A stretch of DNA of 64,000 bases from a virus. Numbering within the stretch: the first letter of the stretch is position 1; each line of letters opens with the position of its first letter. Location of the stretch: positions 73,053 through 137,052 of the IMG/VR virus record IMGVR_UViG_3300023049_000005; one strand, given 5' to 3'. Of this stretch, positions 56,217 to 64,000 are shown in pieces. The translations under genes were made by a program, and so were the position numbers. Under the pieces are notes generated by a model. The model saw only the letters and a program-made list of their open reading frames with translations. It did no database searches and was not told where the DNA came from.

Positions 56217-58319
56217 ATGGAAAAAAAGACGATCAAAGCCTTATCTAACTTCGGTGATGCCATTGATACACTTGTAGAGGAACTAAAGAAACAGAACCAA
56301 CAGAAAGCTACTACAGGTAGTTTTATGTCTAATCTTTTTGGTAAAGATTCTCTTTCTAAAAGAGTTAAAAGTATACAAGACGGTATTAATAAGATCAAAG
56401 AAGATACACAGAAAATCATCAAGAACCAAGAGGATTTTATGAATATCCGAAAACAAGAAAATAAAGGAAAAGAGGGTGGTGTATTTGAAAAGTCAGGAGA
56501 GAGTAGTAATATTGATAAAATAAAACAAGGGGTGGGTTCTATTATACTCATCGCAGGGGCTGTATTAGCACTTGGGGCAGCTTTTAATATAATTGACCCT
56601 AGTAAGTTCGATATACCGTTGATCGTCGCTATAAGTTTCTCTATGACCTTAATGGGGATGGCGTTAGCTAAGATAATGGAAGCAGGTGTTCCAAATCCCG
56701 CAGAAGCTTTAAGTATTGGGTTAGCATTGATTGCTATGAGTGGTGCAGTTGTAGTAACAGGAGCATTAATGGCACTTATTCCTAAAATAGAACCATATCA
56801 ATTTATGACATTCTTAGGTATAGCAGCTACGTTTACTTTGATGTTCGCATTAGGATTTAGTAAGGCTATTGAGGCTTCGGGTAAGATGAAAGCGAAATCT
56901 ATCATTATGTTACCATTAGCATTAATAGGTATATCAGCAGCGATTATGGCATCAAGTCATATTTTACAATATGCCCAAGAAATTGATGGATCTAAATTAT
57001 GGAATTTAGTACAACAGGGATTAGCTTTAGCTGCCATAGCATTATTTATATCCATACCACTATTCATATTAGGTAAGGTAGGATTAGGAAATGTATTAAT
57101 GGGATCATTAGCTCTTGTTTTAGTAGCAGGGGCGTTAACATTATCATCGATGATGTTAGCACATGGTAATTGGGAAAATCCAATTCCACTTAATTGGGCA
57201 TTATCATTTAGTGTTACTATGTTATTATTAGCAATACCTGTTGCTATATTGGGGGCGATTGGTTTACAGTTTGTAGTCCCAGGGGCTATAGGACTAGTAA
57301 TTGTAGCAGCAGCACTTGTAGCAGCATCTTGGTTATTATCCTTTATTAAACCTGATTTCTTTTATACTATATCAGATGCTATAGCTTATTTTGTGAATGT
57401 AGTAGGTGGAGCAGTAATTAAATTCGCTAAAAATTTCTTACCTATATTAGTTAGTATAGCAGGAGCATTTATGACTAAAATATTACCACCATTGGCTAAG
57501 TTCATAAATGCCATTATACCAACGTTAGGTAACTTCTTAGAAACAATCATAAATTCATTCTTCCCTTACTTTGAACAAATAATGGATTATATGAAGTTTG
57601 CTGTGGGACAAATTGATAATATAATATTAGCTATTGGTACAGTATTAGAGAAAATTGGTGGTGTTTTAGGTAAAGTAGGTGATGTGTTTAGAGCAGTAGG
57701 CGATTCAATAGCAACTGTATTAGATTCAGTTGGTGGTATAATTGATAAGATAGCTAAGGGTATAATGGGAGTATTTAAAACTGTTACAGAATCAATTTTA
57801 AGTCTTAGTCAAGTAGATGGTGGTAATTTATTACAAGTAGGCGCAGGTTTACTAGCAATTGGTGGGGGTCTTGCAGCTATGACAGCAGGATCAATAATAA
57901 AAGGAATAGGTGATTTCTTTACGGGTGATGGATTAACGGATCAATTGAAAAACTTATCAGAATTCCATAAAGAAATTTTTATGACAGGTAAAGGTATCGA
58001 AATGTTAGCAACAGGATTAGAATCTATTAATGATGTTGATATAGATAGTGATAGAATAGAAGGTATTGTACAAGTATTAGATAAAGTAACAGGTATGAGA
58101 GCATCAGCAGACGCAGAAATAGTTACTAGACAGATCATAGAAACAGGAAACTTAATACAAGAACTAAAAGGATTAACTGAACCTGATGATAATAGTGAGA
58201 TGTTAAACGAATTAAAGAAAATGAACCAAAGACTAGAAGCATTGATTAGTACTAACTCAGGTATAGGTGCTATGTTAGGTAATATGGGTACTGATGAAGA
58301 ACCTAAATTAGAATATTAA
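56217..58319 (+). CDS. Large polytopic membrane protein with C-terminal coiled coil; candidate tape-measure-like protein
   Basis: 700 aa; ~10 hydrophobic Gly/Ala/Ile-rich helices, position downstream of tube/chaperone-like genes. Confidence 0.5.
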   Translation: MEKKTIKALSNFGDAIDTLVEELKKQNQQKATTGSFMSNLFGKDSLSKRVKSIQDGINKIKEDTQKIIKNQEDFMNIRKQENKGKEGGVFEKSGESSNIDKIKQGVGSIILIAGAVLALGAAFNIIDPSKFDIPLIVAISFSMTLMGMALAKIMEAGVPNPAEALSIGLALIAMSGAVVVTGALMALIPKIEPYQFMTFLGIAATFTLMFALGFSKAIEASGKMKAKSIIMLPLALIGISAAIMASSHILQYAQEIDGSKLWNLVQQGLALAAIALFISIPLFILGKVGLGNVLMGSLALVLVAGALTLSSMMLAHGNWENPIPLNWALSFSVTMLLLAIPVAILGAIGLQFVVPGAIGLVIVAAALVAASWLLSFIKPDFFYTISDAIAYFVNVVGGAVIKFAKNFLPILVSIAGAFMTKILPPLAKFINAIIPTLGNFLETIINSFFPYFEQIMDYMKFAVGQIDNIILAIGTVLEKIGGVLGKVGDVFRAVGDSIATVLDSVGGIIDKIAKGIMGVFKTVTESILSLSQVDGGNLLQVGAGLLAIGGGLAAMTAGSIIKGIGDFFTGDGLTDQLKNLSEFHKEIFMTGKGIEMLATGLESINDVDIDSDRIEGIVQVLDKVTGMRASADAEIVTRQIIETGNLIQELKGLTEPDDNSEMLNELKKMNQRLEALISTNSGIGAMLGNMGTDEEPKLEY

Positions 58320-58355
58320 CGAGGGAAGAAGTTTTCAATTATATATATTCTTGTT

Positions 58356-58766
58356 ATGAAAGACTTATCATTTTTTAAAAAACTAAAATTATTATTTGAC
58401 TATTTAAGGATAGTGAAACAAAAGAAGATTGCGATTCTTGATAAAAAGAATACTGTTCAATTAAGATTAGACAAAGCAAAAAGATTCTATACTGTATGTA
58501 ATTGCGACAAAGATGTGGAGAAATACGGTAAAAATTTAGCAGAGAAATATATTAAAGAGCATATAAACATGTGCGAAAAGATATTTATCAACAGTAACTT
58601 AATTGAATTCGTGGGTGTGTGGGATATTACTCAGATAGATGAAACTAATTATTTAATAGTATTTGGGTTTAAGGGTTTTAGAACAGAAAGGCTTTTCAGG
58701 AATACAATCATCTTTTCTTCGTTATTATTAGGATCGGGTATTTACTTTTTTTTAAATTTTTTGTAA
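58356..58766 (+). CDS. Hypothetical protein with C-terminal TM segment
   Basis: 136-aa ORF. Confidence 0.4.
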   Translation: MKDLSFFKKLKLLFDYLRIVKQKKIAILDKKNTVQLRLDKAKRFYTVCNCDKDVEKYGKNLAEKYIKEHINMCEKIFINSNLIEFVGVWDITQIDETNYLIVFGFKGFRTERLFRNTIIFSSLLLGSGIYFFLNFL

Positions 58767-58810
58767 ACTTTTTTCATTATTTGTAATAAGACTTAAAAAA
58801 ACAAATTATT

Positions 58811-59230
58811 ATGAATAGCGAAAGATATACAGAATTGTCAGAAGACATCATTGAAAATTTTCAAGAAATCTATAACACAAAAAGTTTCCCAATCAAAATT
58901 GGATTCACTTACTTAAATGATGATAAGTTAAAAAAGGTAGTAGATATTAAAAAACTATCTGAGATGTATCAGGTTCTTTTAAATAAAGAAATGGTAGTAA
59001 TTTTCAACGAAACATTATTTGATAAATTAGATAAAGAATCTATTACAATATTAATTGAACAAGAGCTTGATAAAGTAGAAATCAATATGAATAACGGTAA
59101 AATCAAAATGAATAAGCCTAATATTCAAACATTTTCTTCTTTATTAAACAAGTATGGTAGAGAGAAAATCGTAAGAGCTAACGATTTAGATAACTTATCT
59201 GCTGCACAAGAAGCAGATATGGTAGCTTAA
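58811..59230 (+). CDS. Hypothetical protein
   Basis: 139-aa ORF. Confidence 0.45.
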   Translation: MNSERYTELSEDIIENFQEIYNTKSFPIKIGFTYLNDDKLKKVVDIKKLSEMYQVLLNKEMVVIFNETLFDKLDKESITILIEQELDKVEINMNNGKIKMNKPNIQTFSSLLNKYGREKIVRANDLDNLSAAQEADMVA

Positions 59231-59281
59231 TAGTAAACAAATATTATATTTTTAATATAAATAAAAAAGTAAAATTACATT

Positions 59282-60016
59282 ATGGAAAATACCCAACAAG
59301 AACAATTAAAAAACATAGTTATAGCGGAAAAGCCCGATATGAACTTCAAAGCATACAATGAAACTTTGATTCGTGTTTTATCACAAGAAGACGAAACTTA
59401 TTTAGATTCTAAGTATGATGAAATCATGGACTTTATGAGAAATAAACATTCTAAAACTTACAGCGATGGTGAAAAAGAAGCTGTATATAAACAACTTCAA
59501 ATTCTATGGAATGAGGTTAGTGGCAAAAATGGCGGTAGATTAAATTCAATTAGTTTTGATCTTATCCTACACCAAGAAGAATATAAGTTTGTCAATGAGA
59601 TGCTTAATAGCAAATTGGAATATGATGTTGACACAATCTTTTATGCTATTGAATTAAAAGACATGTTAGATAACATGAAAGAAAATGGTAATTATGATAG
59701 TGCTGATCAAGCTATTGGATTCAAGATGAATGCAGTTGATCTTCAGTATTTATACCACCTTCTTTCTAAGCAAACTTTCAAAGGTTTAACTAAAAGAACA
59801 TATACTTTCGCAGAAGTAATCAAAAGAATTGCATTATCAAGTAATATCTTTGGTTATTATAAAAATAAGTACGAAGACTTAGCTAAAGCTATTCAGTTTT
59901 GGGTAAACACCTTAGAAAAGGATGTTAATATCAACAAAAATGATAAGATGTATCATCTTATTTGGGGGGAAGCAGATGTTGAACCTAGTGTTGCAGAAAC
60001 AACCGAGTCTAAGTAA
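59282..60016 (+). CDS. Hypothetical protein
   Basis: 244-aa ORF. Confidence 0.5.
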   Translation: MENTQQEQLKNIVIAEKPDMNFKAYNETLIRVLSQEDETYLDSKYDEIMDFMRNKHSKTYSDGEKEAVYKQLQILWNEVSGKNGGRLNSISFDLILHQEEYKFVNEMLNSKLEYDVDTIFYAIELKDMLDNMKENGNYDSADQAIGFKMNAVDLQYLYHLLSKQTFKGLTKRTYTFAEVIKRIALSSNIFGYYKNKYEDLAKAIQFWVNTLEKDVNINKNDKMYHLIWGEADVEPSVAETTESK

Positions 60017-60023
60017 TTTTATT

Positions 60024-60066
60024 TATTTGGTTAAGAAGGGGAATGAGATTTATATCTTGTTCCCCT
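60024..60066. terminator. Bidirectional rho-independent terminator between convergent genes (aaggggaa...ttcccctttttttt)
   Basis: 8-bp GC-rich inverted repeat + T8. Confidence 0.6.
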
Positions 60067-60074
60067 TTTTTTTG

Positions 60075-63000
60075 TTATACAGTAGGCACTGTTTCTAATA
60101 TAGCACTATCGTCTGCATCAAATCTTATCTCATAAGACCTTTTCACAGTTCTGTTCTGACCATATCCATTTTCGGCTCTTATCTCTACTACTACATAAGG
60201 ATCTATACTACTATCTAAAGTAAAGTTATATGGTAAGAACATATTTTCACCACTTCTATATTCTTTAAAACTCTGTACCATTTCTAGATCTATTTCTGCC
60301 CATTTTGTAACATCATCCCACAATATAAAATCAGTGTTTTCTAATAATATATTTTCCTGAGGCGAAATTTCTCTCTCTTTAACTTTATAAAGATCTTTAG
60401 TCTTATTATAATCTTTTCTTAGGTTTAATATCATTGTCCTAGCTTCGATACTATTTGCGGGTTTAGTTCCTTCATATTGTGTTTCGGGTAAATTGAGTAG
60501 GTCAATAGATATATCAGTCAATAATGATTCATCTCTATCTAATAAATCACACCATCTATTTGGGTAATTGGATCTAATTATATCTAATACGTCAAAATTA
60601 TTTGCTATCATATCTTCTTCTATTCGTAAGTAGTTAGGAGTGTCGGGTTCGTTACCTAATAAATCAAGTAGATCGTTATATAAATTATCATCTACACCAT
60701 TTCTACTATCAGGTGTTCCGACTAAACATGATCCACTAGCACCCACCCAAGGTAAGTAATTAACCGTTGTAGTTCTTAATGAATATTTATAAAACCTTCT
60801 TTTATATTTTACTACATTACTGTCTTCGTATAAAGTATTAACATCCCATGTATCCACTTCTTGGAATTCTAAAGGAGTATTATTGAAGTTTAATACTACA
60901 TTACCTTCATCTTCTAATACGTTCTCATATATTTTACCAAAATAATCCACCTTATCTCCTGTGTTGTATGAATTAAATGCTTCCCATTTATCATATGTCT
61001 TATAGGTTTTCACACCTAATGTAAAATAATCAGGAGAATCATTTGAAGCTGTTAGAAAATCAATTATTGTAGTATATACTGTACTACCATTTTGTATAGG
61101 CATCACATAAGATTCTTCTATATTAAAGTCTATCTCTGACATAGTATCATTGGTTTCGAAAACTTTAATAGATGATGATGTATCAAAATTTTGATCTATA
61201 GATAAGAAACTCAATTCCCCTGTTATATCTTTAATTTCATGTGTTAGTGGAATAATATTCTTCTCTAACCAATATTTAAGACCTTCTAATTTGATGATAG
61301 CTTCTTCTATACTATATGTGATCAACTTATTTCCTTCGAAATCAGTGATTCTATATGTAAGGTTAAATAGTTTAGTTTCTTCATAGTTCGGGTTAGGGAA
61401 TTGATAAAATTTATAATTATCTGTCCAACCGTCTATGTCATTATTGAATATATCCTCAACCTCAACTTTAAATAGTTTCAAGAACTCTGCGCTATCTACA
61501 TTTATGTTTTGGAAATATTCATATAATATAAGGTCATTATAACCAAAGTAATTTATAGCATTTATGATACTTCTATATGCACCTAAGTAGTTATAGATAT
61601 CATTTTTTACTGTAAGTAATTCCTTACGTTTCTCATTCATAAATGTCCAATCAATACCACCCTCATTTATATCATAGTCTTTGAAAATATAAATATCCTC
61701 AGGGTTTATAATCTTACCTATATTAGTTAATTCATTTTTAAATCTTTCATCTTCTATTTCTGTTTGTGCGTAAATATCAAACTCAGCTACTTTCTTTTTG
61801 ATTACTTCTAAAGTTAAATCTAAATATGTAGTAGTTCCTTCTGATGGGTATTCTACTGCAGTTGTTTCATTAGTAAATGTATTATCATCTAAATATTCAA
61901 CAATAAGTTCTCTTTCAAATAATTGGATTATTTTCACATTAATATTATCATTTGATGACACATACCCAACATCGTTTGTAGTATCAAGAACTCTTATGTT
62001 TAAGAATTGGTTTTCATTAAAATTAGTACTTGTTCCTGTTAAATTATCTAAGTCAACTATTTGATTAAAAGTATCTGTTGAGTTGGATGATAATGTTATT
62101 ATACCTCTATTATTTTCGCTATCATGTGTAAATGTAAATTCTTGATCAGGTAGTGTTACTGAGAATTCTGAGTTAGTAAATGAATCATACGAAGGAAAAG
62201 TAAATTTAATATCTTCATCTTCATATATGTTTAGAATATTATTAATAACCCCCTCTGTTTTGGAATTGAACCCGATAAAAGTTTGTATAGACACAGGAGT
62301 AAATGATATATTTTCCTCACTATCATTATAATCTAATGTATATGTAAGATTATTAAATATTGTTTGTTGTGCATATCCCTCATCTACTAAATTTAAATCT
62401 CTATTTGGTTTCCTTTTTATAATAGGATTAGGTAATGGTTTAGTTCCTGTGTATGAATAACTACCTGTTGATTCAAGGAAATCACCTGTTACGTCATACA
62501 TAAATAATTCTTTAAGTATTTCATCTTCTGTGTTCTCCCATCTATATTCCCAAGTAGCCTGTGGTGCGCCATCAGTCATGTAATTCTTCCTTGGTCTTCT
62601 AATAAACTCTCTTGTCTTTAACTTAATGTAATCATCTAAGGAAGTATCATTGTCTTCTGATAATGATCCATATGTTTCTGATCCGTTAGTATCAAACGGT
62701 GTTGAAGCAGAAGCTTGTGATGATAAGTTAAATATATTAGAAAATGCCTTTAGTTCATAAATAAAATCAACATCAATTGATAATATTTGATTATTATTTA
62801 AGTTAATACCATATATATCATTAGTACTCTTATTTATATTTATTTTATCAACATTGAAATCAACATTTAAAGTAAAGAATACTTGATTAACATAGGTTGA
62901 AAATACTTTTATTTCTTGATTCTGTGTTGCAATATAAATATGAGAATCATTAGGACTAGTAAATATAAATCCATGATCTGTGATATCAAGATTATCAGCA

Positions 63001-64000
63001 ATGATATCTATTTCACTTATAGAAACTAATTTCCCTTCTTCGTTATTAATCCAAAAATACTTATTGAAATTATCTAATGTTATAGAATAATAATTATTAG
63101 TCGATATACCAAAGCTAGTGAATGTAGAATCACTGTTTATCTTATTTAATTCCCCATCGTTGGCTACGTACATTGATCCATTATATGGGTTGTAGTGTAA
63201 CTCACCCGATTCTCTTTCTAGTCCCAAATAACTAGGCGTAGATCCTGTAGAACCAACTCCTATGTTACTAGCAGTTATTCCATCTATTAAGAAATCACCA
63301 AATACTACTTTAGTATCAGTATTAACTTTATAAAGGATTTTATCGCTTGTTATACCAATATCTAAGTTTTGTCTACCGAAGATATACATTGCTTCTTCAT
63401 CTCTGTTATAAGTCATCTTATTCCAATTATAATTTGCTTGGAAATCAAATGATATGAAACTAAAATCAACAGGGTCAATGATCATTATTCTATCACTATC
63501 TGTAAATGATATATATGTTTCACCTGTTATATAATCAACTTCCATATCCCAACCAATTCCTAAGTTAGAAACAGTTGATTTTATCTGATTTAAATAAGGA
63601 TCTATAACATATACAAAGTTATCACTGAGTACATATAAAAGGTTATTAAATGGGTTCATAGACTGCATAATAGGGGCTTCTATACTACTAATAGTATCCT
63701 CTACCCTAAAAGTAGAACTAATTAAATTAACTTGATCGGTCAATGCTATATTCTTAAACGTAGAGTTTAAGTAGTCGATATCAACTAAATTAGAATTTAA
63801 AGTAAGGTACTTAATATCATCAGGATTAAAAGAAGCTGTTAAACTAATTGCGCTTTCATCATAATAAAAAGCATTCTCTCTTTCTATAGTAATGACTTGG
63901 TTTCCATCAGCAGCTTGGTAGAAATTCTTAGCAACCTTTGTTACAGACGCAGTAGAGAAACTACCACTATCAATGTATAGAATAGTATCACCTATTTCAA
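60075..64000 (-). CDS. Very large structural-type protein (tail fibre/baseplate candidate), 5' end beyond window
   Basis: Frame stays open past the TTG the ORF track used as start (63741..63743) to the window edge; >1300 aa, Asn/Thr/Ser/Asp-rich. Confidence 0.55.
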   Translation of the reverse strand, partial: EIGDTILYIDSGSFSTASVTKVAKNFYQAADGNQVITIERENAFYYDESAISLTASFNPDDIKYLTLNSNLVDIDYLNSTFKNIALTDQVNLISSTFRVEDTISSIEAPIMQSMNPFNNLLYVLSDNFVYVIDPYLNQIKSTVSNLGIGWDMEVDYITGETYISFTDSDRIMIIDPVDFSFISFDFQANYNWNKMTYNRDEEAMYIFGRQNLDIGITSDKILYKVNTDTKVVFGDFLIDGITASNIGVGSTGSTPSYLGLERESGELHYNPYNGSMYVANDGELNKINSDSTFTSFGISTNNYYSITLDNFNKYFWINNEEGKLVSISEIDIIADNLDITDHGFIFTSPNDSHIYIATQNQEIKVFSTYVNQVFFTLNVDFNVDKININKSTNDIYGINLNNNQILSIDVDFIYELKAFSNIFNLSSQASASTPFDTNGSETYGSLSEDNDTSLDDYIKLKTREFIRRPRKNYMTDGAPQATWEYRWENTEDEILKELFMYDVTGDFLESTGSYSYTGTKPLPNPIIKRKPNRDLNLVDEGYAQQTIFNNLTYTLDYNDSEENISFTPVSIQTFIGFNSKTEGVINNILNIYEDEDIKFTFPSYDSFTNSEFSVTLPDQEFTFTHDSENNRGIITLSSNSTDTFNQIVDLDNLTGTSTNFNENQFLNIRVLDTTNDVGYVSSNDNINVKIIQLFERELIVEYLDDNTFTNETTAVEYPSEGTTTYLDLTLEVIKKKVAEFDIYAQTEIEDERFKNELTNIGKIINPEDIYIFKDYDINEGGIDWTFMNEKRKELLTVKNDIYNYLGAYRSIINAINYFGYNDLILYEYFQNINVDSAEFLKLFKVEVEDIFNNDIDGWTDNYKFYQFPNPNYEETKLFNLTYRITDFEGNKLITYSIEEAIIKLEGLKYWLEKNIIPLTHEIKDITGELSFLSIDQNFDTSSSIKVFETNDTMSEIDFNIEESYVMPIQNGSTVYTTIIDFLTASNDSPDYFTLGVKTYKTYDKWEAFNSYNTGDKVDYFGKIYENVLEDEGNVVLNFNNTPLEFQEVDTWDVNTLYEDSNVVKYKRRFYKYSLRTTTVNYLPWVGASGSCLVGTPDSRNGVDDNLYNDLLDLLGNEPDTPNYLRIEEDMIANNFDVLDIIRSNYPNRWCDLLDRDESLLTDISIDLLNLPETQYEGTKPANSIEARTMILNLRKDYNKTKDLYKVKEREISPQENILLENTDFILWDDVTKWAEIDLEMVQSFKEYRSGENMFLPYNFTLDSSIDPYVVVEIRAENGYGQNRTVKRSYEIRFDADDSAILETVPTV

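Noticed and set aside
54604-58138. Antisense/overlapping ORFs 54604..54846, 55081..55305, 55955..56173, 56180..56551, 57941..58138, 61798..62064
   Set aside because: All nested in longer, better-supported ORFs on the other strand.

Overview
This 64-kb window is an AT-rich (roughly 30% GC by eye) stretch of a large T4-like myovirus genome. Genes are densely packed on both strands, often overlapping by a few bases, and lack Shine-Dalgarno sequences. That last point and a lipoprotein lipobox are compatible with an AT-rich host such as a Bacteroidota member, but this is inference only. My own alignments to T4 proteins support a set of T4-core genes: gp32-like ssDNA-binding protein (7134..8237, -), gp55-like late sigma factor (15131..15499), gp20-like portal (22420..24117), a gp21-like prohead protease fused to a repetitive gp22-like scaffold (24639..26885), gp23-like major capsid protein (26981..28693), gp17-like large terminase (42229..44466), gp18-like tail sheath (44955..48764, double-sized) and gp19-like tail tube (52951..53583). 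The window opens with an array of six tRNAs (Lys and Phe anticodons only) plus a truncated tRNA fragment. It also carries a phage-encoded tmRNA (32479..32861, -) that the ORF track mis-reads as a 64-aa protein. Accessory content includes adenylosuccinate synthetase plus GMP reductase (a possible GMP-to-AMP rerouting pair), two tandem Nudix hydrolases, a NADAR/YbiA-family protein, an SNase-like nuclease, an SPFH lipoprotein, a NIF/HAD phosphatase and a hotdog thioesterase. There are also two large paralogous homing-endonuclease-like genes with a Vsr/DUF559-type nuclease domain, a mini-gene carrying the same domain, and a tandemly duplicated two-gene cassette. The most striking feature is the large terminase gene. 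Its ORF starts 11 codons before a complete mini-intein inserted at the Walker A P-loop, and the N-terminal ATPase segment is not encoded upstream in this window. A TTAATATATA(R) motif recurs just upstream of many start codons on both strands and is a candidate phage promoter or initiation element. No CRISPR array, integrase or rRNA is visible.
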